Below, piece by piece: positions 11,715 to 23,249 of a stretch of DNA of 64,000 bases. The DNA comes from Squalus acanthias (lineage: Eukaryota), in contig JASTWF010000236.1 in NCBI GenBank assembly GCA_030390025.1, positions 62,001 through 126,000 on the forward strand. Reading direction: 5' to 3'. Made by a program: the position numbers and the translations under genes. Position 1 is the first letter of the stretch, and every line of letters begins with the position of its first letter. The notes under the pieces were generated by a model, which saw only the letters and a program-made list of their open reading frames with translations, made no database searches and had not been told where the DNA came from.

Positions 11715-12040
11715 TGAGAAAGTACAAAGGCAAGCAACAAAGATGACTTGGATGTCAACATATTTAAGTTATGAAGAAAGGTTAAGGAGGGTGAACTTGT
11801 TTTCTTTGGGAAAGAGGAGGTGATCTCATTGAATTTCGCAGGATTATAAAGAGGATTTACAAAGGTAATCCAGGCAAATTGATCACTGTGGCGAAGGGTT
11901 CAAATACCAGGTTACACAAGTTAAAAATTAGTAAGTAGGAGTAAGTAGGGGAGTCAGGTGGAACCTTTTCACTCAAAAGATAATAAAGTTGTTGAATAAG
12001 TTACTAGGAAGACTATTCAAGCAGACAGTATAAATAGATA
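11715..12040 (+). mobile_element. degenerate CR1 LINE fragment
   Basis: Decayed LSYEERL..LFSL.KR-type sequence and downstream CR1 C-terminal similarity. Confidence 0.55.
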
Positions 12041-12424
12041 ATTGTGAATGAGGTCAGGATCATATTCAGCTGCGATGCCTTTGCAGTCGATTAGCCTGCC
12101 GATACTGCGAAGGTTCAGACATGAATATTAGCCACATGACCGAGGTAATTCAGGGCAACTGGCACCCGTGAAACTGTATTCTTGCAAGAAATAAATGACT
12201 TCAGGTGCGGAGGGGAAGGAGAGAAAAGAATTAGAGACCACTGCAGCAGAACATGGTAGGCACTGTTAATGGCCACAAGGTGGCACCGTTAACTAAAAAC
12301 AAGTTGTGGTTTGCTGAAAGGTTGCTGCAGTTTAGGAATAACACGTATGTCGTACAGAGAGATTTTGCTACACTGATTGGTAGTTGCCTTTTTAAGGTCC
12401 TGTTACTGGTTTTTGTATTCAATG

Positions 12425-12600
12425 CTGGGATGTGGGCATCGCTGGCAAGGCCAGCATTTATTGCCCATCCCTAGTTGCCCATGAGAAGGTGGTGGTGAGC
12501 CACCTTCTTGAACCGCTGCAGTCCGTGTGGTGAAGGTACTCCCACAGAGCTGTTAGGGAGGGCGTTCCAGGATTTCGACCCAGCGACGATGGTGTGTGAC
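12425..12600 (-). mobile_element. CR1-group LINE 3' fragment
   Basis: Near-identical to 1740-1930 and 27885-28090. Confidence 0.75.
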
Positions 12601-12699
12601 TTGTTTTGCAGGTCGAATTCCACTCATGGACTTATTTTTTGGTTATGCAGTGCAAATAAAAGATGCACCTGTACTAAAGTGCCAGTCCTAAGAAAAAAA

Positions 12700-13520
12700 T
12701 AATTTACGTTTATATAATGCCTTTTGTTTAAAATGCAGTCACTTTTGTTATGCACCCTGTGGCTGCAAACATGGCAGCCAGTTTGTGCACAGCAAGGTCC
12801 CACAAACAGCAAACGAGATAAATGACCAGTTAATCTGTTTTGCTGGTGTGAGTTGAGGGAGGAATGTTCGCCCGGACACCAGGAGAACTCATCGAAGAAT
12901 CATAGAAATTTACGGCACAGAAGGAGGCCATTCGGCCCATCGTGTCCGTGCCAGCCAAAAAAGAGCTATCCCAGCCTAATCCCACTTTCCAGCACTTGAT
13001 CCGTAGCCCTGTAGGTTACGGCACTTCAAGTGCATATCCAAGTACTTTTTAAATGTGATGAGGGTTTCTGCCTCTACCACCCTTTCAGGCAGTGAGTTCC
13101 AGACCCCCACCACCCTCTGGGTGAAAAAAGTTCTCCTCAACTCCCCTCTAATCCTTCTACCCATTACTTTAAATTGATGTCCTCTGGTTATTGACCTCTC
13201 TGCTAGGGGAAATAGGTCCTTCCTATCCACTCTATCTAGGCCCCTCATAATTTTATACACCTCAATTAAGTCTCCCCTCAGCCTCCTCTGTTCCAAAGAA
13301 AACAACCCCAGCCTAGCCAATTTTTCCACATAGCTAAAATGCTCTTCTTCAAATAGTACCAAAGAATCTCTAACATCCACCTGAACAGACAGATTGGGTG
13401 TTTCACCCAAAAGCCAACACTCCCTCAGTGCTGGCCTGAAGGGTCAGCCTCGAGATTATGTGAGTCTTGAACCCACAATCTCCTCACTCGGAGGCAAGAC
13501 TATGATCATTGAGCTGTGGG
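12700..13520 (-). mobile_element. degenerate SINE with a nested CR1 fragment
   Basis: SINE tail/core at ~12700-12893 resumes at ~13342-13520 after the CR1 insertion. Confidence 0.6.
12896..13341 (-). mobile_element. CR1 LINE 3' fragment
   Basis: ORF 12976-13410 (FSYVEKLARLGLFSLEQRRLRGDLIEVYKIM..FFTQRVVGVWNSLP). Confidence 0.88.
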
Positions 13521-14644
13521 AAACTTACGTTACTTCCTTACACAATTGCATTCACTGAAACTCTTGTCTTAATGTGTGTCTCAAAGTAGATGTGTAAGCA
13601 CCACAGGCTGTCTGACTTTTACGTGAGGAAAACCGTACCATGCATCACTGTAAAGCATCAGGGAAAAACAAGCAAAGAAAGACTTGCATTTATACAGTGC
13701 CATTCAAGACATCCCAAAGCGCTTTACAGCTAATGCAATATTTTTGAAGTCCATTCACTGTTGTAATGTATTCTTTCTTTAATTCTGAAAAGTAAGGGGC
13801 TTCGTGTTGTTAGTCGCTGCAGTAGAAAAAGAGCATAACTTTTTGTTTTCAAATGATTTCTATCGATAATGAATGATGGCAGGCAATGGAGGAAATGAAA
13901 CTCCCTTAAAACTATAGTGTTGAGGTCTCATGTGGTTGAACAGTGTCATAGGAGTACTGAAGCAGGATGCCGCATAGTGATGCCGGTGTAATCCCCAGTA
14001 ATCATGTGATCCAGGTGCAACACCCTGTAATTTTTGTTTGGCAAGGGTGTTAAGGGTTACGGAACCAAGGCGGGTAGATGGAGTTCAGATACAGATCAGC
14101 CATGTTCTAACTGAATGGGGACCAGGCTCGAGGGGCTGAATGGCCTACTCCTGTTCCCACATTCCACAGGTGCCATGTAATGGTTGTTAAATGCCTGTTT
14201 TTGCAATTGCTGCCTCCTGCTTCACATCTTCATTTCATTGACTAACCAAATGTTATTAGACTACCCCTTGTTATTGCCTCCCTCTTCTCTTCTCATGTGA
14301 TCTCCCAGATTCTTACAATTCTTTGCTGATTGCCCTAAGCCAGTCGTTCATGGGGTCCCTCCTTGGAATAACTAACAATGGTACAGTTTCTTGGAAAGCC
14401 CTCCCCTTTAGCCTACCCTGGATCTGGTATTTGCATAGCCACCAATTTCCGTGCATTACCTGGAGTGAGCATTCACAAGCATAAGTGTAAGACACACTGG
14501 AACCCCATTGAGTTGCACAGTGTAGAGTTATTTTCAAAGAGTGAGAGATATAGAAAGAAGATTCATTTTTCAAAGTTGAAGTTAGTGAAATTCAGTTGCG
14601 AGTAGTGTAACTTCCCAATGTTTTGTTTATCAGGAATTTTTTTA

Positions 14645-15140
14645 AATGTCATTCTTGGGATGAGGGCGTCGCTGGCGAGGCCAGTATTTATTGCCCATCT
14701 CTAGTTGCCCTTGAGAAGGTGGTGGTGAGCCGCCTTCTTGAACCGCTGCAGTCCGTGTGGTGAAGGTACTCCCACAGTGCTGTTAGGGAGGGAGTTCCAG
14801 GATTTTGACCCAGCGACGATGAAGGAACGGTGAAATATGTCCAAATCAGGATGGTGTGTGACTTGGAGGGGTACTTGGAGGTGGTGGTGTTCCCGTGCGC
14901 CTTCTGGATGGTGGAGGTCACGGCTTTGAGAGGAGCAGTCGAAGAAACCTTGACGAGTTGCTGCAGTGCATCCTGTGGATAGGAGACACTGCAGCCACGG
15001 TGCGCCGATGGTGGAGAAACTGGATGTTTAAGGTGGTGGATGGGCTGCCGATCAAGCGGACTGATTTGTCCTGGATGGAGTTGAGCTTCTTGAGTGTTGT
15101 TGCAGCTGCAACCATCCAGGCAAGTGGAGAGTGTTCCATC
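14645..15140 (-). mobile_element. CR1-group LINE 3' fragment
   Basis: MEHSPLAWM.AAATTLKKLNSIQDK..; same family as 27870-30410. Confidence 0.8.
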
Positions 15141-16042
15141 TCAAGTAAGTATGCCCAATATTGTACTGATTAAACGATGAGTTGTTAGTGCGGGAAGACT
15201 TAATTGCTAAAGAAACTCTTGATAAATGGGGGTAATCACGACATCTACAATATATATCCCAACAATCATTCATTTGTTCTTATATTTTACAAAAACAGAA
15301 CATGCTGGAAATACACAGCAGATCAGTCAGGATGTGTAAAGAGCAAAGACAAGTTATGACATTTTAGGTGTAACCATCAGAAATGATGAATAACACTGAA
15401 GCGCACACACCCGAAACACCATAATCTCTCTTTGTCTCTTTAAAGGTGCTGACTGAACTGTTACATTTGCAGTGTTTTCCTTTTCATTTTACGAACCTGT
15501 TCTGGCCTTATGAATTTGCGATCTCACGCACTAGTGTATGAAAAAGGGAGGACTCCCCGTCAGTGCATCCGCAAGTGAGGCTTTTTGACAGTTAGGTTTT
15601 TTTTTTCCAAGAATGCATGCCTGTACTTGGCTTTATTCTTCTTGAGAGGTTGTGCTGCTTTAGGACTTTGAAAATAAAGAATTGCGGCCAAGTCCAAACT
15701 GAGTTGGCACAGGTTTAAATTATGTCCAGTTTGAGTTAAAACAACTCCATCCCATTTTGAATAATTTTATGCTTTGGTGAGTGTTCGTATCTGGATTCGG
15801 GGATGAATTCTCGGCGTGTATAGTGTCTCTCGTTGTTTTGAAACTTGTGTCTGCACAATTGATAAACTGGTCCAAGGCCATTTTGGACCACGCACGCTTC
15901 TGTGATTCATGCTGAAGAAATGAAGTGCAGTGTCTCTGCAGTCATTCTGCCCCGGCAATGTCCCACCAAACTGTGGCCATTCAAACCACTGCGAATGGAC
16001 AATATTTTATTGCCCGTATTCATAAGCAAAGGATGAAATAAT

Positions 16043-16756
16043 GAGCCGGATCTTGCTGGAAAAATAACGATGTGTTGACGACGCATGCCGTGATTAATGT
16101 GCAATCCGGCCAGCAGGTTCAGGGGATTAAGAGATACGGCGTGAGTTGCGAATCTCCAGAACTTGCTGGTCGATTTACTCCGCTCCGCCCTTAGCTTCCC
16201 CCTTATTTTTAAGAACTTGCTGGATTTTGTACATTATTTGCCCATTAAACTCGCCGCGGAAAGTTAAGTCTGGTAATTAAGAGCGTAAGTACCTTTTTAG
16301 CGACGTGATCATTGTTAATGCAATGCCAATCAGCCTCTCTGGCCCAGGAATTGAACAATTTAAATGGTGGGGTCTCATTCCTTCAGGTGGTAAATTGTTC
16401 TTTGAGATTTTTTAAATGTCAAGTTTAATTTTTTTTTAATTTTTGCTTATTTTTCCTTTGTGTCTCTTTTCTTTCTCTCTCTCTTAATCCAATCTTTCTC
16501 TCCCTCTCTTTATTTCTCTTTCTGTACCTGAATTGATTCTAATTCACCCGCCTACTCCGTCGTTCCTCTGGTTCTTTCTCAATCCTTAAATCACATAGGT
16601 TAAGGAGATAGACTGTTGGTCCCGCTGTTCACTGAGGTCCCAGATGCCCCGTTGCCCTCGGTTGTCAGCTTGCACTTCCAGCAAGTTACAGCACAAATCA
16701 TTTTTTGAGCTGAAGGGTACAGAAAAAAGTCTAACATACACGGTGAGCTCCGGCCC
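16043..16756. mobile_element. putative older Harbinger-type MITE (family D)
   Basis: Degenerate TIRs gagccggatc..gagctccggccc with aat/tat flanks; related sequence on the opposite strand around 40300-40700. Confidence 0.45.
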
Positions 16757-18499
16757 TATGAGATGTAAGAAATGTGAGATGCCAACAAGCCCTGCTTTCA
16801 ATTTTTTTGTGTGCAACTGAAACCTAACTGAAAATGTGATTTGTCTCACTGAGGCAACTGGAATTCATGTCCAGCTCACTATCTTCACTCAGCAACCTTT
16901 CTTTGTTATGTTTAGCTGTGGTGCTAGTATTGGAAATGGGAGAGGACGAACGAACTAGCGTCACTCTGTGAAAACAGTTTGTGGACAAAACACCCAGAAC
17001 ACAGTTCAAGGCTTCCTACTTTCCGAATTTAATGAATGCATTTTGGAATAGGGGTGGGGCGGTGGTGTTGCATAAACACTTATGATTGCCGGCAAGATTG
17101 GCCATTCACAGTCTGCCAGAAATGCTTACAGCCGTAGGCCGCAGCACCAAGCACAGCTCTGCCCCCTACCCTCACCCAGGAATGCCTAGATTCCCAGGAT
17201 CCGCCTACACAAGGAATTCAAACCCCAGTGCTCTGCCATTCCCAGCCTCAACCCCAGGGACACCTGAAACCCAGCCCCAGGAATGCTTCGAACTTGGCCT
17301 CAGTACAGAAACGCCTCTAACTCCTCGTGTCAGGCCCTCGGATCTCCTTTGCTCTCTCTTTTAGAGCCAAGAATGCCTCTGTTCCGAAACTGGACCTCAG
17401 GAACACCTCTGTCTGCTGCCTCAGACCCTGGACTTTGCTGCTCCCATGCGCCAGATAATAGGAAACTTATCTTGCTCCACTCGTGATTCAACGTGCACCT
17501 CGTGTCCCACTCTAGCTCCCGGTTTTCCATCCTGCTGTGTCCCATGGTCCTTGTTGCATTCCTGATCGGTGCTCCATTCCTTATCCAACTCCTCTACCCT
17601 TCAGTCCTAGGCCCCCAGCGTACCTGTGAGCAACACTATGAGCAGATCTACTAATAGCTAATATATATTCCTGATTCTGAGTTAGGACTTGGCTGTTTGA
17701 GTGCATGTTCAGCAACGTCTCTTTGCAATGGTTCCGTACATTGGAACACCACAGTAGAATGGTGGACTGCGGTTTTGATACCCTAACTCACTGAGTTCCT
17801 AAATTGAGCTACGCTGTAGCAGTTGGCAAGTCCCCACTGAGTTGCTTTGACACACCTGCTGGGCAACTGGCCAAGAGCAACATTAGTGGCGCCTGGGAAC
17901 AAGTTGCTTGTCCTGTCCTCTCAGACATAGAAGGTGAGTGGAAGTTGGAGACAAGTGAGATGAGAAAACCAGGATCAAAAAGAGAAAAGCAAAGCTTCAT
18001 AAGACACAAATAAGCTGTGTGTCTTTCCAACTTCCTTTGCATAGTTTAGGTAGTTTGCTTTTAGACCATCAGTTGTAGTCTGTTGATACTTTTACAAATT
18101 AAATGAAAATGTGGACTATTTTTCACTTTCATGTCTTTTCTGTTCTGTGCCCGTTTTTCTGAAGACTGCTTGCATTTGCTTTCATCTTCACGTTACCTGA
18201 TGGGCCGATATGTTTATCGAGTGAGTAGGTGAGTTATGCAAGCTCAGAATGGATAGCAACAGGGGACAGTACAGTTGGCTTAAACTCAGTTATGATCTCC
18301 CTAGGTTAGGGAGATGAAAATAAATCATCAACGTTCCACTCCTGATCAGTATTCAGCAAACTCTGCTGGCGTGTTTGTACATCAGGGTGAGGGTGGGATC
18401 GGGCTGCGACGTACCCTGTGGTCAAATAGTTTAATACTCATGTCAAGTCCACCCAAAACAATGACCACTTGGACACAATACCAGAGTGTGATTGGTACC

Positions 18500-18693
18500 T
18501 GTGGTAACACAATACAGCTTCCTGTGACTCGAACTTTATTGCATCACTTCCTGTGATTAGTCCAGGATAAATACTGGACTGATCAGTTGGATCCTAGAGA
18601 GGCATAGAGTAAGACCTCTTTTGTATGTAGCACCTTTTTAGTTGATTAAAGCTTACTTTAAGTTCACCACGCGTAAGGCTCATTCTTACGACA
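18500..18693 (+). repeat. 5' LTR of Gypsy copy 2
   Basis: Identical by eye to 22740-22933; contains two cttcctgtga (ETS-like) repeats, TATA-like gataaata and ATTAAA. Confidence 0.98.
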
Positions 18694-18694
18694 A

Positions 18695-18705
18695 TTTAAT
18701 CAACT
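18695..18705 (+). promoter_or_regulatory. non-tRNA primer-binding site (putative self-priming)
   Basis: TTTAATCAACT is the exact reverse complement of LTR 18640-18650 AGTTGATTAAA; no TGG follows the LTR. Confidence 0.75.
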
Positions 18706-18771
18706 TTGAAAAACTTCGCACTCAAACTTTTTGGACGAACTCGGAACTAAGGATCCAGGGAATCACCCATC

Positions 18772-21700
18772 ATGGAAAACATCCTTAAACCATCGCGTCT
18801 TGACTTGGACCCAAACACCCCAGCAGCCGGTAAGGTGTGGAAACACTGGTATCGCACGTTTGACAATTTTCTTGAATATTGTAAGGCTGATGATGACTCA
18901 AAGTTGCGGATACTCATCAACTGTGTCACCCCAAATGTATTTCAGTATGTGGAGGAATGGGACAGTTACGAGGAGGCAATTCGGACGCTTAAGAGACTAT
19001 ATACTAAGACACCGAATGAGGTCTATGCCAGACATCTACTAGCTACAGCCCAACAAGGGCCGGAGGAATCCATTGATAAATTCCTCCGAGAGCTTCGCAG
19101 ACTTAGTATGGACTGTAACTTTCAGGCGGCCTCAACTGAGCTGTACCGTGAAGAAATGATCCGTGATGCTTTCATCTGCGGGCTTGCCTCCCCATTTATA
19201 CGCCAGCGTCTACTGGAAAGTAAGACACTTGAGCTTCAGAGAGCTTATGACATGGTTTGCTCTCTAGATCTGGCAAAAAGAAATGCAGACCTTTATACAG
19301 TGCCCAGACCTCGGTCTACTGCCTTAACTACAGTCAGGCAATTTAAGAGGCCACAGGTGAACTCTATTAGGGAGGACTTTATCCCTGACGATCAATCTGA
19401 TGACTTCACTGATGAAGAGGATGATGACCCCACTGTGGCAGCCTCTTGGCAATCTAAGAAATGCTTCTTTTGTGGTGATGAGTTTCACCCTCGGAAATTC
19501 TGCCCTGCTCGCAATGCGTTTTGCAGTCATTGCAACAAAAAGGGTCATTTTGCAAAGGTTTGCCTATCAAGAGCCTCTACGAGGGCTTATCAAGCTAAGT
19601 CCTACCGAACTGCCCCGGTAAGGGCCTATCAAGATGTTCCGGCTAAAATCTATCGTGCTTCCTCTCGGGTTTCCTCTCGAAGAAACACACCTAGAGTTTC
19701 AGCCACTCTTTGTGCAACGACACCAATTACAGCTGCTTGTCCTCAGAACCTATTCCATGCAGCTACAAAAGCATCAATTAATGGACATACTTTAGATGCC
19801 TTAATTGACTCAGGTAGCACTGATAGTTTCATTAGGGAACAGATTGTTGCAGAGTTAAAGCTACATGTTTTCCCATCGGACCAGGCAATTGCGATGGCTC
19901 AGTCATCACTTAATACCAGAATTTCTGGCTTTTGTATGGTTGAAATAACACTTAATGGTCACAGGTATCCCTCCACCCGGCTTTTGGTGCTCAAGGACTT
20001 ATGTAGTGATCTTATCTTAGGGCTGGATTTTCAAAAGCAGCATAAGAAGCTCACCATTGAGTTCGGCGGATCCAAACCTGAACTCACTATTTCTAATATA
20101 CTACCTCGTTTACCGTTCTGTGCATTGTCAGCAGCTTCACTGGATGAACCCTCACTGTTTACCAGTATCCCTCCTCGATGCGCACCGATTATAACAAAGT
20201 CACGACGTTTCAGTCAGGAAGACCAGTCTTTTATTGCGGCTGAGATTTCTCGGCTTTTAGCAGAGGATATCATCGAGCCTTGTTCGTCGCCATGGCGCGC
20301 CCAGGTCGTTATTGTTAAGAACCCTCTACAACCTCACAAGAAACGGCTGTGCATTGACTATTCTCAGACCATCAATCAATATACGGACTTGGACGCATAC
20401 CCATTGCCGCGCATCGATGATATGGTTAATAAACTGGCTGAGTACACGGTGTTCTCAACATATGATCTGAAAAGTGCCTATCATCAGGTACCCTTGAAGG
20501 TCTCAGACAAGCAGTATACGGCCTTTGAAGCCAATGGACGGCTGTATCAATTTCGTCGCCTCCCCTTTGGGGTCACTAATGGAGTGGCTGTCTTCCAGCA
20601 AGCAATGGATGACCTGGTCAAACAGGAAGACTTGAAGGATACGTTTCCTTATCTGGACAATATTACTGTCGCAGGTCGCAATCAGCGGGAACATGACGCC
20701 AATCTCCAACGATTTTGGGATGCACTCCAGCACCGTAATTTGACATTAAATGCGGCTAAATCCATTGAGTCACAACCAACCATCAACATCCTTGGCTATT
20801 GTGTGGGCAATGGCATCATTAAACCTGACCCTGAAAGGCTTCGCCCACTCCAAGAACTCCCGCCACCTAAGAATCCTTGCGCCGGGCCCTCGGCCTGTTT
20901 GCATACTATGCTAAATGGATTCCTAACTTCTCGGACCGAATCCAACCTCTACTGAAGGCCAGCACATTCCCACTAGACACAGCGGCTGTTGCAGCCTTTA
21001 ACCTCCTGATAAAACAGTTGGAGAAAGCGGCTCTTCACTCCATCGATGAGAGTCTTCCTTTTGTTGTTGAGTGTGATGCCTCGGAGGTGGCGATCTCGGC
21101 CACTCTGAATCAGGAAGGTCGTCCGGTGGCATTTTTGTCCAGGACTTTTCAAGGGGCTGAGCTACATTATCCTCCAGTCGAGAAAGAAGCTACAGCCATC
21201 ATAGAGGCAGTACGGAAGTGGAGTCATCTCCTAGCTCGCCAGCACTTTACCTTAATCACGGACCAGCGATCGGTCGCCTTCATGCTCGATAATCGAAAAC
21301 GGACCAAAATTAAAAATAATAAAATCCAGCTTTGGCGGCTGGAATTGGCCTCTTTTGGTTACACCATCCACTATCGACCTGGCAAGGAGAATGTGGCTCC
21401 GGATACCCTCACACGAGCATTCTGCTCCGCCATGGCACCCTCTACGCTCGTAGACATCCATGATGGGTTGTGTCATCCGGGCGTTACTCGCATGCTACAC
21501 TTCGTGCGGTCCCGAAATCTCCCATTCTCTACCGGGGATGTAAAGAAGATGTGCTCGGACTGCAGAGTCTGTGCGGAATTGAAACCTCGGTTTTTCCGCC
21601 CCTCGGGTGGTATACTCATACATGCGACCCAGCCAATGCAACGGCTTAGCATCGATTTTAAGGGGCCGTTGCCCTCTTCAACTCGCAACACTTATCTATT

Positions 21701-22721
21701 GACCATGGTCGATGAGTATTCCCGTTTTCCGTTTGCCTTTCCCTGCCCCAATATGCTGACGACCACGGTTATCAGCTGCCTTGAGCAGGTATTTGCTTTC
21801 TGTGGCATGGCATCCTATGTTCATTCGGATCGGGGCCCTTCTTTTATGTCAGGAGAACTCAAGGCCTATCTCTCGGAACGGGGTATTGCTGCCAGCAAAA
21901 CGACGCCTTATCATCCGGTCGGGAATGGGCAAGTCGAGCGTTTTAACGCTATCATCTGGAATGCGGTACGTCTAGTTTTGAGATCTCGGGGCCTACCCAA
22001 CCAGCAATGGGAAGCAGTACTTCCAGACGCATTACACTCCACACAGTCCCTCCTTTCGACCGCCACAAATACGACGCCTCATGAACGGTTCTTCCGATTT
22101 CAGCGTCGCTCATCCTATGGGATATCTCTCCCGTCGTGGCTGACTGCACCGGGACCAGTGCTACTCCGAAGATATGTCCGGGCGTCTAAGAATGACCCCC
22201 TGGTAGATGAGGTTGAGCTCACTGACGTCAACCCTACCTACGCCTATATTCGGTATCCTGACGGTCGGGAATCTACCGTGTCATTGCGGGATCTGGCTCC
22301 CTGCCCGCCGAAACATAGAGGGACACCAGGGGATGATATTGTACCAGGCACATCTCTGGGCTCGCCAGGTGCCTCTCATCACGATCTGGATCTGACGCCG
22401 GCTGGTACCTCACTCCAGCGTGCCGACCTGGGGCAGACTGACTATGAGCCCGTCGGGGCTCGCACGCGCAGCCACGATCCACCCCGTACCGTACGCTCGG
22501 AAACGGATCTGCCACAGCCCTGCCCGACACCCGTTCGGGCACCAGTACACAGTCAGGATCGTCCTGACCCCTCACAGAGCGGGCTGGATCACTCGGACTC
22601 TGGTCCACGGCCCGCGGCGGGTAAACGGGCTAGGGGCCCTCTACCGCTACAAGAACCCAAACAGGTGCGGCTCTCCCTCGTCCAGCGGCTACGAAATGGA
22701 GGGAGCATCCCGGCCTCCTAA
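18772..22721 (+). pseudogene. gag-pol polyprotein of Gypsy copy 2, one frameshift
   Basis: ORFs 18772-20955 and 20877-22721 are joined by restoring a 7-bp deletion (ggcctcc, present in copy 1) near 20876; gag CCHC x2, PR, RT YLDN (20650-20661), RH, IN HHCC+DDE. Confidence 0.94.
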
Positions 22722-22739
22722 TCTTTTGGGGGGGGAGAA

Positions 22740-22933
22740 TGTGGTAACACAATACAGCTTCCTGTGACTCGAACTTTATTGCATCACTTCCTGTGATTAG
22801 TCCAGGATAAATACTGGACTGATCAGTTGGATCCTAGAGAGGCATAGAGTAAGACCTCTTTTGTATGTAGCACCTTTTTAGTTGATTAAAGCTTACTTTA
22901 AGTTCACCACGCGTAAGGCTCATTCTTACGACA
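22740..22933 (+). repeat. 3' LTR of Gypsy copy 2
   Basis: Identical to the 5' LTR and preceded by PPT ggggggggagaa. Confidence 0.98.
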
Positions 22934-23249
22934 GTACCTGTGTAACCATACCTCAGTAGGGAGTCAACACCTGTAGGATAATAGATGAGGGATGATAATT
23001 GGTGAAAAAACGCATCTGTTGTTTTAGTAGGGAAACGTTACCCTTTGCCAAACACCTGGCACTAATGACATCTCATGATTTAAAATATACCTCACCATTA
23101 CTATTCACCACAATACATTGCAGTCCCTTTTGCGTAAGAAATTGCAACTGCACGTGTTAAAGTAACTGAAAGTGATTAAGGTGTACTGAATTCATTATCC
23201 AGGTTTTTCAAATATTAAGCACTTGTTCTTATCCTTTTATCACAAAAAA

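Larger units (their letters stand above)
18500..22933 (+). mobile_element. Ty3/Gypsy LTR retrotransposon, full length, copy 2 (Mag-like, YLDN RT)
   Basis: Identical 194-bp TG..CA LTRs (18500-18693 and 22740-22933), 5-bp TSD GTACC (18495-18499 and 22934-22938), PPT 22728-22739. Confidence 0.98.

Noticed and set aside
15490-16030. Unique-looking stretch with short ORFs on the minus strand
   Set aside because: No recognisable domain or splice-site pair.
22207-22767. Overlapping ORFs at the Gypsy 3' end as a possible env or chromodomain
   Set aside because: No signal peptide, transmembrane segment or chromodomain motif; these are alternative frames of a GC-rich integrase tail.
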